Assembly: GCA_026770705.1 (NCBI GenBank)
Contig: JANJGN010000029.1
Coordinates: 17,298,118 to 17,362,000, forward strand
Length of the DNA stretch: 63,883 nucleotides
Direction: 5' to 3'
Source: Isurus oxyrinchus
Taxonomy: Eukaryota
The position numbers and the translations under genes are program-made. The notes beneath the pieces were generated by a model. It searched no databases, had not been told where the DNA came from, and saw only the letters and a program-made list of their open reading frames with translations. Positions 24,521 through 37,846 of this stretch are shown here, one piece after another (the stretch's first letter is position 1; every line of letters begins with the position of its first letter).

Positions 24521-27500
24521 TTATTGGTGAGGACTGTGTGTTGTTGGTGAGGACTGAGTGTATGTGTTAGTTACAAGATACTAAGTGTACAGGGGTCACT
24601 CTAAATAACTTGTTCAATGATGTGATGACTCAGTGGGGTACAATTTCCATTTAAATACTTCATATTTACTTGGTTCCAGTATTTAACTTCTGAGCAGTGG
24701 CTGGCCCTGATATCTAGTACCTTATCATTGGCTTTGTCTTTCATTGAGAGCTGTAATGACAGTTCAGTTAAATAATGAGATGACTGTTGTAACTCGGGTT
24801 GTTCAACTACATCGCCTTCCCCATAACTCAAGAAGTTTTTTTTCTTTCATAAAGTTTAAATATTTACTTTCAACCGGGGCCTGAATACTTGACAGGTGCC
24901 AACAGGGCTTCTGTCTCATCCTGTTCAGCTGCTGATGGATCACTAAAGTTGTTAACAACCCTTAGGGTAAACATTTACTTTTAAGATCTAGTTCATGGAT
25001 TTGTGAGTAGGTCAGTGCCACTCCTTCCTCCTTGCCTTCTCAGCCTAGCACAGATTGGAACTGCAATCCCACACAGCATTTTGTCAGGGCATCTTATCTT
25101 GAAACTTTGTGTTCCTGATATGTGCATTGTGATGCTGGTCCCGAGTACAAATGAATTAATCTTAAAAGCACAGATAAGCATTGCAATTTTCTGACTTCAT
25201 CAGAACTCAATCACTGAAGACTCGAACTGTGTTTATATCTTGGAATCTCCAGGAATCGCTGCAAGCTCAGGTAGTGGATTTTGTTCAATTTGCACTGGAG
25301 TGTAAGGTAAAAACTTTGATCTCTATATGTTCAGGAAAGTTTTTAAAATTTCACTTATGGGGATATAGGCATCACTGGCAAGGACAGCATTGATACCTCA
25401 TCCCTAGATGTCCTTAAGAATGTGGTGGTGAGCTACCTTCGTGAACTGCTGCAGTCCGTGTGGTGAAGCTGGTCCTACAGTACTGTTAGGGGGTTCCAGT
25501 ATATTGACCCAGCCATGGTGAAGCAACAGTGCATGTACAAGCATTGCTAGATACGTACAAGGGTTCAGACCCGATAGAGTCAGAAACAACAGTATCCCTG
25601 TAGTTGAAACATTAATCCCGGAGGACTACAGACCAAGAAGTCTCCGGATCTCAACTGCATTACCTGACTTCAGCATCACATTTTGTCACAGATCCCTTGT
25701 GCTGGAACCGGCTACGTACTGCCAACCGCTATCCTGTGACTCCAACTGCAGAATGTGCGAGCACATTTATTAGGCAAGGACAGGTATGGGCTTGGTTGTG
25801 ATGCTTCTACAGTGGAATGGCCTGCTCATATTTACTATGACAAGAGTTAATATCTCCAGGAGAGGAGGGACAAAAACCTTGAGGGGGAAAAAGCACTGCA
25901 CAATGGAAACTTAGCATGTCAGCTCATTGCAGTCAGACCTAAAGAACTGTCAGTCCAAGGCTTCTTGACACCTACCCTGCTTTAACCGAAATACATTTTT
26001 CATTTTCTTACATGAAAATGTGTGGAATGGCATCATTTTATTGCTTACTTTGATTTTACTACATAATATTAACAGCATTAGGTGGACAGAAAGAAAGACT
26101 TGCACCTTTCACAAATTCAGGATATCCCAAAAACATTTTACAGTCAATGAGGTGCTTTTGTAGTTGCTTTTGTATTGGAAATGCAGCAGCCAATTTGTGC
26201 ACAGCAAGCTCCCACACACCGTTATGTGATAGTGACCAGAAAATCTGTTTTAGTGATGTCAATTATTCAAGGAGTAAATCCCTTCTAACGTTTATTGTTA
26301 GAAAAGCAATATTAGAAATTATTATCATTGTACTCACTTTACCTATATAAACTCTATCCATACAGGACCCCAACCCCTGCCCCCATCACCCCACCCCACT
26401 CTTCTCCCCCCCACCCCACCCCACTACACTCTTCTACCCCCACCACACAAGTCCACTAAGGCTGCAGGATGTACCATCAAGAAGGTGATATTGCAGCAGC
26501 TCACCGAGATTACTTTAACACCAACTCCCAGTCCCACTAACTGTCCCCACCAAGGTAGACAAGGGCAACAATGACACAGGAACACCATCAGCTCCAAGTC
26601 GAACACTCTACCCTGACTTCAACTATTCTTTCATGGCTACTGGGCCATTCTCCTGGAATTCCCTTCCTAACACCAGCAGGGAGCACCATCACCACATGGA
26701 CTTCAGCAATTTGAGAAGAATGCTCAACACCACTTTCGCACGACAGTGAGGGATGGGCAATAAAAATGCAGCTTTATAAGCGCTGTCCAAATCCAGATAC
26801 AAAAAGTGTTATCAAGTAAATGATCACACCAAGACACATAAGGAGATATTAGGGCAGATGACCAAAAGCTTGTTCAAAGAGATAGGTTTCAAGGAGCATC
26901 TTAAAAAAGGAAAGAAAAGTAGAGACTCAGAGAGATTTAAAAATAATTTGATCAGGAAGGCGACAGAGCTCTCTTGCTTTAAGATATCGCTGCCCTCCAT
27001 AGTATATTTTCAGTATTGTCTGCTCCATCTTGTCCCAATTAAACTATGCCTTGATTTTAAAATTCTCATCCCTGTTTTCAAATCCCTCCATGGCCTCACC
27101 CTTTCCCATCTCTATAATTTCCTCTAGCCCTACAGCCCTCTGAGATATCCTCGCTTGTCTAATTCTGGCCTCTTATACATCCCTGATTTTGATTTCTCCA
27201 TCATTACTGTACCTGATTTCAGCTGTCCAGGCTGTGAACCCTGGCATTCCCTCCCTAAATCTCTAAATCTCTTCCTTTTCTCCTTTAAGACACTCCTCGA
27301 AACCAGCTCTTTGACCAAAGTCTCCTTGTGTGACTTGGTGTGACATTTTGCTCTTTATGTGCTCCTGTGAAGCAGCTTTAATATGGTTTTATTATATTAA
27401 AGGTGCTATATAAATACAAGTTGTTGTCAATATGTAGAAGTAATTTGAAACAATGAACACCAAATTAAGCAATGATTTGAACATCTCCTGCAGATCAACG

Positions 27501-27539
27501 CAGGCAATAGGTTTACGAACAGATGAGTGATTAAGCTTT

Positions 27540-28942
27540 TTTTATTCATTCGTGGGATATGGGCATCACTGGCTAGGCCAGCATTTTATTGCCCATCCCT
27601 AATTGCCCTTGAGAAGGTAGTTGTGAGCTGCCTTCTTGAATTGCTGCAGTCCATGTGGTGTAGGTACACTAACAGTGCTGTGAGGGAAGGAGTTCCAGGA
27701 TTTTGACCCAGTGATGGTGAAGGAATGACAATATATTTCCAAGTAAGGATGGTGAGTGGCTTGAAAAGGAACTTGCAAGTAGTAGTGTTCCCATGTATCT
27801 GCTGCCCCTGTGCTCTTAGATGGTGGTGGTCTTGGGTTTGGAAGGTGCTGTCTAATGAGGTTTGGTGAATTCCTACTGTGCATCTTGTAGATGGTACACA
27901 CTGCTGCCACTGTGCGTCGGTGGAGGAGGGAGTGAATGTTTATGGACAGGGTGCCAATCAAGCGGGCTGCTTTGTCCTGGATGATGTCCAGCTTCTTTAG
28001 CATTGTTAGAGTTGTACTCACCCAGACAAGTGGAGAGTATTCCATCACACTCTTGATTTGTGCCTCGTAGATGGTGAATAGGCTTTGGGGAGTCAGGAGG
28101 TGAGTTACTTGCTGCAGAATTCCTAGCCTCTGACCTGCTTTTGTAGCCATAGTATTTACATGGCCAGCCCAGTTCAGTTTCTGGTCAATGGTAACCCCCC
28201 CAGGGTGTTGATAGTGGGGAATTCAGTGATGGCAATGCCATTGAATGTCAAAAGCTCTTGTTAGAGATAGTCATTGCCTGGCACTTGTGTGGAGCGAATG
28301 TTACTTGCCATTTGTCCAGGTCTTGCAGCATTTGGACATGGACTGCTTCAGTATCTGAGGAGTCGTGAATGGTGCTGAGCATTGTGCAATCATCAGCGAA
28401 CATCGCCACTTCTGACCTTATGATGGAAAGAAGATCATTGATGAAGCAGCTGAAGATGGTTGGGCCGAGGACATTACACTGAGGAACTCCTGCAGTGAAA
28501 TCCTGGAACTGAGATGTTTGACCTCCAACAACCATCTTCCCTTATGCTAGGTATGACTCCAACCAGCAAAGAGTTTTCCCCCTGATTCCCATTTGACTCC
28601 AGTTTTGCTAGGGCTCCTTGATGTCACACTCAGTCAAATACAGCCTTGATATCAAGGGCAGTCACTCTCACCTCACCTCAGGAGTTCAGCTCTTTTGTCC
28701 ATTTTTGAACCAAGGGTGTAATGAGTTCAGGAGCTGAGTGGCCCTGGCAGAACCCAAACTGAGCATCAGCGAGCGGGTTATTGTTAAGCAAGTGCTGGTT
28801 GATAGCACTTTTGATGACACCTTTCATCACTTTACTGATGATCGTGAGTACACTGGTTGGGCGGTAATTGGCCGGGTTGGATTTCTCCTGCATTTTGTGT
28901 ACAGGACACACCCCTGGGCAATTTTCCACATTGCCGGGTAGA
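27540..28942 (-). mobile_element. CR1/L2-group LINE 3' portion (same family as 13420-17785)
   Basis: NYRPTSVL, GVPQCNVLGP, FADDCT, MEYSPLVW. Confidence 0.85.
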
Positions 28943-29061
28943 TGTGATGGGGATACTGAATCCGCTGTTTCCTCTATCCCAGTAATGAGCTACTAGCAAG
29001 TATCCGATCAATAGCTCCAGTACACGGGCTCACGTGTTTTGCTGAGCTTCACGCAGCCAAC

Positions 29062-29178
29062 ATGGACAGAAGGAAGAGTGAGTGCTTGGTACCTACCAGT
29101 GACACAGAGAAAAGAAGGTCCATCTCAAACAAAGCAAGAACCACCAGCCTTCCTGCAACAAACAAAGTGGCAATGGAG
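29062..29178 (+). CDS. Putative coding exon 1 of the Tctex1-domain gene (MDRRKSECLVPTSDTEKRRSISNKARTTSLPATNKVAME)
   Basis: ATG in AACATGG context, 39 open codons, phase-0 donor GAG|GTAAAA, in non-repetitive sequence; phase-compatible with the exon at 40807. Confidence 0.55.
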
Positions 29179-29525
29179 GTAAAACACGGCACAGCTGGAA
29201 CTTAAGCACACGTGGCACATTTATAAGTTATGAATTTTACTTTTGCTTCTGACATTCCCTCATGGCCCCAGCCTTAAGCTGTTCCCATGTTGGTGTTAAT
29301 CTCAACCTGGCTACTAAGAGCTTCAGAATTGCTGTCTCAGGATAAAGTTCCCTCAAATGGTTTCTTGAACTATCCTAGTGCAGCAGATACTTAGAATAAC
29401 ACTTGCACAGAAGGAGGCCATTTGGCCCATTGTGCCTGTGCTGGCTCTGTGAAAGTGAAATTCCATCAGTCCCATTCCCCTACCTTTTTACCCAAACCCT
29501 GCAGAAGTTTCCTTTTCAAGTATAT

Positions 29526-29830
29526 TGTTATGGACAGGAGGGGGTCAGTTCAAACAGCCCTGTTTTCCTCTTACCGCCTGTCTCCAAACAAAAGGTGTTT
29601 CGAATTAGTTTGTTTATAAGAATAAGTGGTGGTGTATTGTTTCCCAACCCTCGCTTTCTGTGTTATCCAATTTTTATGAATAACCCCACTGAAAATTCGA
29701 GTTAGGATTAACTCAGAAGGTTTCTTTCACATATTCAAAACCTGTGAAAAGGAGGGTTAGCGACGTCCCAATCTGCATTCACTCAGCAGAGGGAGGGATA
29801 GAGGAAAGGAGGTTTACATCACAAGGACCA
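29526..29830 (-). mobile_element. LTR-like element end; probably continues at ~39015-39790 after the CR1 insertion
   Basis: Reverse complement ends CCCCCTCCTGTCCATAACA, homologous to the end at 43490-43607. Confidence 0.5.
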
Positions 29831-32539
29831 CAGAGCGGAGTGGGGCTGTAAGGAGCAGAGCGGGGCTGTGAAGAGTGAGATTTCCACGAGCAGAGCGGGG
29901 CTGCAAAGAGCGAGGCTTTGGTGAGCAGAGCGGGGCTTAAATTTAAGAAAGTAGTCTTTTAATTACAAACAAAGAAAAAGTATGACAAAGGAACTCAGTC
30001 CTGTGTGTTGTGTGGTCTGCAGCATGTGGGATTTCTTAGACACTCCTTGCAGTCTGGAAGTACCACTGGCTTGACCAGCTTGACCAACAGGTTTTGGAGG
30101 TTTTGGTACTCAGGAAAATCCCAGAGTGCATCTCACTCAAGAATCGTTTTTCTGTGTTGGAAAATGGTGAGGGTGAAGGTTCCTCTGGAGAGTGCAGCCA
30201 GAGCCAAGATCACGTTGCAGCTGCACAAGGGAGGAGTAAGAGTGCAGGAGCATCTCTTCAGCCACGCAGAGAGTTGTAGGAGACTCAATAGTGAGGGGTA
30301 AAGACAGGCACTTCTGCAGTGTCGACGTGACTCCAGGATGGTGTGTTGCCCCCCCCTGGTGCCATGGTCAAGGATTCGCAGAACGGTTGCAGGGCACTCT
30401 GAAGGGGGAGAGCAAACAGTCAAAGGTCTTGGTTCACATTGGTACTGACGACATAGGTAGAAAGAGGGATGAAGTCCTGCAACAAGAATTTAGGGAGCTG
30501 GATTAAAAAGCAGGACCTCAAGGGTTGTAATCTCTGGGTTACTCCCTGTGCCACATGCTACTGAGTATTGGAGTAGGAGGATAGAGAGGATGAATGCGTG
30601 GCTGAAGAGATGGTGCAGGAGGGAAGGCTTTCGTTTTCTGGATCACTGGGTCTGTTTCTGGCGAAGGTGGGGCCTGTAGAAGTCGGACGGGTTACACCTG
30701 AACCAGAACGGGACCAACATCTTGCAGTCAGATTTGCTAGTGCTGTTTGGGGGAGTTTAAAATAATTTGGCAGGGGGATGGGACACAGAGTGGAGGTACA
30801 GTTGGGGGTAATGCACAGCCAAATATAGAAGAGAAACTAAGTCAGTCTGGAAGGCAGAGCAAGTATAAACCTGTTAAGGCACAAGGGAATAATGCAAGGC
30901 TGGAGTGTATCTATTTTAACGCAAGGAGTCTTACAAGTAAGGCAGATGAATTGAGGGCGTTGATTAACAAATGGAAATGAGATACTGTTGTTATCATAGA
31001 GACATGGCAGCTCAATATTCCAGGGTATAGAATCTTCAGGCATGACAGGGGGTGGTGTAAAAGAGGAGGTGGCCTTGCACTATTGATCAAGGAGTCAATT
31101 ACTGCAGTAAGGAGTGATGGTATCTTAGAAGGTTCCCAAATAGACGTCATATGGGTAGAACTTAAAAACAAAAAGGCAGCAATCACTTTGCTGCGAGTGT
31201 ACTCTAGGCCTCCAAACAATCAAGGGGAAATGGAGGGGCAGATATGTAGGTAAATCTCAGGAAAGAGTAAAAATAATATGGTAACAATATTAGGGGAGTT
31301 CAACTTCTCCAATATTAACTGGGATAGTCTTAGTGTGAAAAGTGAGCTTTTTGAGCCAGCACATAGAAAGTTTTACAAGAGAAGGGGCAGTAGTGGACAT
31401 AATCTTAGGGAATGAAGCTGGGCAAGTGGTAGAACTGTCAATTGGGGAGCATTTAGGAGATAGTAACCATAACTCGGTAAGAATTAAGGTAGTTATGGAA
31501 AAGAACAAAAATGGACTGGAAATAAAGGTCCTGAATTGGGGGAAGGCCGATTTCAATATGATAAGACAGAATCTAGCCAAAGTGGACTGGGACCAGCTAC
31601 TTATAGGAAAGTCTACATCAGAACAGTGGGAGTCATTCAAAAAGGAAATAGTGAGAGTTCAGGGCCAACATGTACCTGTAAAGGTGAAGGGTAGGACCAA
31701 CAAGTCTAGGGAACCCTGGATGTCAAGGGATATAGAGGATTGAGTAAGGAAAAACAGGAGGCTTATGGCACATACAGAGGGCTGAAAACAGCAGAAGCCC
31801 TAGAGGAGTATATAAAGTGGAGGGGGTACTTAAAAAAGTAATTAGGAGAGCAAAGAGGGGGCATGAAAAAACACTGGGAAGATAAAGGAAAATCTCAAGG
31901 CATTTTATTAATACATTAAAGGATAACCAGGGAAAGAGTAGGGCCAATTAGGGACCAAAGTGCCAATCTGTGTGTGGAGCCGGAGGACGTAGGTGAGGTT
32001 TTGAATGATTACTTTTCATCTGTGTTAACTATGGAGAAGGACGATGTAGGTGTAGAAATCAGAGAGGGGGACTGTGATATACTTGAACAAATTAACATTG
32101 AAAGGGAGGAAGTGTTAGCAGTTTTAGCAGGCTTAAAAGTGGATAAATCCCTAGGCCCAGATGGGATGTATCACAGGCTGCTATGTGAGACAAGGGAGGA
32201 GATTGCAGGGGCTCTGACACTAATTTTCAAATCCTCTCTGGCCACAGGAGAGGACTGGTGGACAGCGAATGTGATGTCATTATTCAAGAAGGGTACTAGG
32301 GATAAACCAGGTAATTACAGGCCAGTGAGTCTAACATCAGTGATAGGGATGCTATTGGAAAAAATTCTGAGGGACAAGATTAATCTCCACTTGGAGAGGC
32401 AGGGTTTAATCAGGGATAGTCAGCATAGCTTAGTCAGGGGGAGATCACGCCTAACAAATTTGATTGAATTTTTCGATGAGGTGACTATTTGTGTAGATGA
32501 GGGTAGTGCAGTTGAGATAGGTAACATGGACATCAGTAA

Positions 32540-35460
32540 CAAAAACAGAAATACCTGGAAAAACTCAGTAGGTCTGGCAGCATCGGCGGAGAAGAGTACG
32601 GTTGACATTTCTAGGCCTCATGACCCTTCAGCAGAACTAAGTAAAAATAGGAGAGGGGTAAAATATAAGCTGGTTTAAGGGGGGGGGGGATGGTTGTTGG
32701 GACAAGCAAGCAGTGATAGGAAGAGATAACCAAAAGATATCACAGACAAAAGAACAAAGAGGTGTTGAAGGTGGTGATATTATCTAAAAGAATGTGCTAA
32801 TTAAGAGTAGAGAGCAGGACAAGCAAGGTACAGATAGCTCTAGTGGGGGTGGGGTGAAATAAGACTCAAAGGGCAAAAAAGGTATAGATAAAAGATCGGT
32901 GGAATACATTTAAAAATAATGGAAATAGGTGGGAAAAGAAAAATCTATATAAATTATTGGAAAAAATAAAAAGGAAGGGGGAAGAAACAGAAAGGGGGTG
33001 GGGATGGAGGAGGGAGTTTAAGATCTAAAATTGTTGAACTCAATATTCAGTCCGGAAGGATGTAAGGTACCTAGTCGGAAGATGAGGTCCTGTTCCTCCA
33101 GTTTGCGTTGAGCTTCACTGGAACATTGCAGCAAGCCAAGGACAGACATGTGGGCATGAAAGCAGGGTGGAATGTTGAAATGGCAAGTGACAGGGAGGTC
33201 TGGGTCATGCTTGCGGACAGACCGAAGGTGTTCTGCAAAGCGGTCGCCCAGTCTGCGTTTGGTCTCTCCAATGTAGAGGAAACCGCATTGGGAGCAACGA
33301 ATGCAGTAGACTAAGTGGAAGGAAGTGCAAGTGAAATGCTGCTTCACTTGAAAGGAGTGTTTGGGCCCTTGGACGGTGAGGAGAGAGGAAGTGAAGGGGC
33401 AGGTGTTGCATATCTTGCATTCGCATGGGGAGGTGCCGTAGGAGGGAGTGTGGAGTAGGGGGTGATGGAGGAGTGGACCAGGGTGTCCCGGAGGGAACAA
33501 TCCCTACGGAATGCCGCCAGGGGGGGTGAAGGGGTGAAGGTATGTTTGGTGGTGGCATCATGCTGGAGTTGGCAGAAATGTTGGAGGATAATCCCTTGAA
33601 TGTGGAGGCTGGTGGGGTGATAAGTGAGGACAAGGGGGACCCTACCATGTTTCTGGGAAGAAGGAGAAGGCGTGAGGGCGGATGCACGGGAGATGGGCCG
33701 GACATGGTTGAGGGCCCTGTCAACCACTGTGGGTGGAAAACCTCGGTTAAGGAAGAAGGAGGACATGTCAGAGGAACTGTTTTTGAAAGTAGCATCATCA
33801 GAACAGATGCGACGGAGGCGAAGGAACTGAGAGAATGGGTTGGAGTCCTTACAGGAAGCGGGGTGTGAGGAGCTGTGGTCGAGGTAGCTGTGGGAGTCAG
33901 TAGGCTTGTAATGGATATTGGTGGACAGTCTTTCACCAGAAATTGAGACACAGAGATCAAGGAAGGGAAGGGAAGTGTCAGAGATGGACCATGTGAAAAT
34001 GATGGAGGGGTGGAGATTGGAAGCAAGATTAATACATTTTTCCAGGTCCCGACGAGAGCATGAAGCAGCACCAAAGTAATCATGGATGTACTGGAGAAAG
34101 AGTTGTGGGAGGGGGCCAGAGTAGGACTGGAACAAGGAATGTTCCACATACCCCATAAAGAGACAGGCATAGCTGGGGCCCATGCGGGTACCCATAGCCA
34201 CACCTTTTATTTGGAGGAAGTGAGAGGAGTTGAAGGAGAAATTGTTCAGCGTGAGAACAAGTTCAGCCAGACGGAGGAGAGTAGTGGTGGATGGGGATTG
34301 TTCAGGCCTCTGTTCGAGGAAGAAGCAGAGAGCCCTCAGACCATCCTGGTGGGGGATGGAGGTGTAGAGGGATTGGACGTCCATGGTGAAGAGGAGGCGG
34401 TTGGGGCCAGGGAACTGGAAATTGTTGATGTGACGCAAGGTGTCAGAGGAATCATGGATGTAGGTGGGAAGGGACTGAACAAGGGGAGAGAGAAGGGAGT
34501 CAAGATAGCGAGAAATGAGTTCTGTGGGGCAGGAACAGGCTGACACGATCGGTCTACTGGGACAGTCCTGTTTGTGGATTTTGGGTAGGAGGTAGAAGCG
34601 GGCTGTCCGACGTTGGGGGACTATCAGGTTGGAAGCTGGGGAAGGAAGATCTCCAGAGGAGATGAGGTCAGTGACAGTCCTGGAAACAATGGCTTGATGT
34701 TCAGTGGTGGGGTCATGGTCCAGAGAGAGGTAGGAGGAAATGTCTGCGAGTTGACACTCAGCCTCCGCGAGGTAGAGGTCTGTGCGCCAGACAGCAGCAG
34801 CACCACCCTTGTCAGTGGGTTTGATGAGAATGTTAGGGTTGGACCTGAGAGAACAGAGTGTAGTAAGTTCAGAGAGAGACAGGTTAGAATGGGTGAGTGG
34901 AGCAGAGAAATTGAGACGACTAATTTCATGCCAACAGCTCTCAATGAAAAGATCAAGAGAAGGTAAGAATCCAGAGGGAGGGGTCCAGGTGGAGAGAAAA
35001 TATTGGAGGTGGGTAAAAGGATCCGTTGAACAGGGAGAGGACTCCTGCCCAAAGAAGTGAGCACGGAGACGAAGGCGGCGGAAGGAGAGTTCAGCATTGT
35101 GCCGAGCCCGAAATTCATTGGGATGAGGGCATAAGGGTATGAAACTAAATCCTTTGCTGAGCACTGAACATTCAGCGTCGGAGAGAGGAAGGTTAGGGGG
35201 TATAGTGAATACACGGCCGGGGCTGAGATTGGAAGATGGGGTGGGGACGGAGGGACAGGCAGGGGTGGAGGGTCCTGGATGGGTGTTGGTGTCGATGAGT
35301 TGTTAGAGCTTGCGTTCCTTAGCACTTGAGAGAAAGAGAAAAAGTTTCTTGGTGAGGCGTCGGATGAGACGAAGATTAAAATGAAACTGGGGGCACACGC
35401 AGCTTTGAAAAAGGGTACGGCAGTGCTGCTGGAGGGAGAGGTCAAGTGTGTTCATATAGG
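32540..35460 (-). mobile_element. Penelope-like retroelement, left arm of a palindrome (RT + GIY-YIG endonuclease, frameshifted)
   Basis: ORF 33344-35164 has PLE RT motifs (DKGG, FYLLPKIHK, DVQSLYTSI, GVAMGTRMGPSYA); ORF 33018-33500 has GIY-YIG (LVYCIRCSQCGFLYIGETKRRLGDRFAEH). Confidence 0.93.
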
Positions 35461-37846
35461 TCGCACCTTTTTTCAAAGCTGCGCGTGCCCTCAGTTTCAC
35501 CTTATTCTTCGTCTCATCCGACACCTCAACAAGAAACTTTTTCTCTTTCTCTCAAGTGCTAAGGAAGGCAAGCTCCAACAACTCATTGACACCAACACCC
35601 ATCTAGGGCCCTCCACTCTTCCCTGTCCCTCCGTCCCCACCCCATTTTCCAATCCCAGCCCCAGCTGTGTATTCACTATACCCCCTGACCTTCCCCTCTC
35701 TGACGCTGAACATTCAGTGCTCAGCAAAGGACTTAATTTCATACCCTTAAGCCCTCACCTCAATGAATTTCGGGCTCGGCACAATGCTGAACTCTTCTTC
35801 TGGCGTCTTCGTCTCTGTGCTCACTTCTTTGGGCAGGAGTCCTCTCCCCGTTCAATGGATCCTTTTACCCACCTCCAATATTCTCCCTCCACCTGGACCC
35901 CTCCCTCTGGATTCTTACCTTCTCTTAATCTTTTCATTGAGAACTGTTGGTGTGACATTAATCGTCTCAATTTCTCTGCTCCTCTCATCCATTCTAACCT
36001 GTCTCTCTCTGAACTTACTGCACTCCGTTCTCTCAGGTCCAACCCTAACATTCTCATCAAACCTGCTGGCAAGGGTGGTGCTGTTGTTGTCTAACCCTCT
36101 CACATCCTCCAAATAAAAGGTGTGGCTATGGGTACCCACATGGGCCCCAGCTATGCCTGTCTCTTTATGGGGTATGTGGAACATTCCTTGTTCCAGTCCT
36201 ACTCTGGCCCCCTCCCACAACTCTTTCTCCAGTACATCCATGATTACTTTGGTGCTGCTTCATGCTCTCGTCGGGACCTGAAAAAATTTATTAATTTTGC
36301 TTTTAATCTCCACCCCTCCATCATTTTCACTTGGTTCATCTCGATACTTCCCTTCCCTTCCTTGACCTCTCTGTCTCAATATCTGGTGATAGACTGTCCA
36401 CCAATATCCATTACAAGCCTACCGACTCCCACAGCTACCTCAACTACAGCTCCTCACACCCCGCTTCCTGTAAGGACTCCATCCCATTCCCTCAGTTCCT
36501 TTGCCTCCGTCGTATCTGTTCCGATGATGCTACGTTCAATAACAGTTTCTCTGACATGTCCTCCTTCTTCCATAATCGAGGTTTTCCACCCACGGTTGTT
36601 GACAGGGCCCTCAACCGTGTCCGGCCCATCTCCCGTGCATCCGCCCTCACGCCTTCTCCTCCCTCCCAGAAACATGATAGGGTCCCCCTTGTCCTCACTT
36701 ATCACCCCACCAGCCTCCGCATTCAAAGGATCATCCTCCGCCATTTCTGCCAACTCCAGCATGATGCCACCACCAAACACATCTTCCCTTCACCCACCCC
36801 CAGCGGCATTCCGTAGGGATTGTTCCTTCCATGACACCCTGGTCCACTCCTCCATCACTCCTTACTCCTCAACCCCCTCCTACGGCACCTCCCCATGCGA
36901 ATGCAAGATATGCAACACCTTCCCCTTCACTTCCTCTCTCTTCACCGTCCAATGGCCCAAAAACTCCTTTCAAGTGAAGCAGCATTTCACTTGCACTTCC
37001 TTCAACTTAGTCTACTGCATTTGTTGCTCCCAATGCGGTTTCCTCTACATTGGAGAGACCAAACGCAGACTGGGTGACCGCTTTGCAGAACACCTTCGGC
37101 CTGTCCGCAAGCATGACCCAGACCTCCCTGTCGCTTGCCATTTCAACATTCCACCCTGCTCTCATGCCCACATGTCTGTCCTTGGCTTGCTGCATTGTTC
37201 CAGTGAAGCTCAACGCAAACTGGAGGAACAGCACCTCATCTTCCGACTAGGCACCTTACAGCCTTCTGGACTGAACATTGAGTTCAACAATTTTAGATCT
37301 TGAACTCCCTCCTCCATCCCCACCCCCTTTCTGTTTCTTCCCCCTCTTTTTTATTTTTTCCAATAATTTATATAGATTTTTCTTTTCCCACCTATTTCCA
37401 TTATTTTTAAATGTATTCCACCGATCTTTTATCTATACCTTTTTTGCCCTTTTAGTCTTATTTCACCCCACCCCCACTAGAGCTATCTGTACCTTGTGTA
37501 TCCTGCTATCCACTCTTAATTAGCACATTCATTTAGATAATATCACCGCCTTCAACACCTCTTTGTTCTTTTGTCTGTGATATCTTTTGGTTATCTCCTC
37601 CTATCACTGCTTGCTTGTCCCAACAACCACCACCCTCCCCCCTCCCCTTCCCCCTCCCCCCCCCTTCCCCCTTTAAATCAGCTTATATTTCACCCCTTTC
37701 CTATTTTTACTTATTACTGTTGCAGGATCATGAGGACTCGAAAGGTCAACTGTACTCTTCTCCGTCGATGCTGTCAGACCTGCTGAGTTTTTCCGGGTAT
37801 TTCTGCTTTTGTTTTGGATTTCCAGCATCTGCAGTTTTTTGTTTTT
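35461..37846 (+). mobile_element. Penelope-like retroelement, right arm of the palindrome, with an internal ~0.56-kb RT deletion
   Basis: Reverse-complement homologue of the left arm; jumps from GKGGAVVV (~36092) directly to the SH.LQIKGVAMG segment; GIY-YIG ends at 37303. Confidence 0.93.

Noticed and set aside
26805-27427. Opposed L2 3' ends resembling the tail-out Penelope pattern
   Set aside because: Old and degenerate, no TSD found; independent insertions are sufficient.
33205-36816. Many overlapping alternative-frame and antisense ORFs
   Set aside because: Shadows of the Penelope RT/GIY-YIG frame and its inverted copy.
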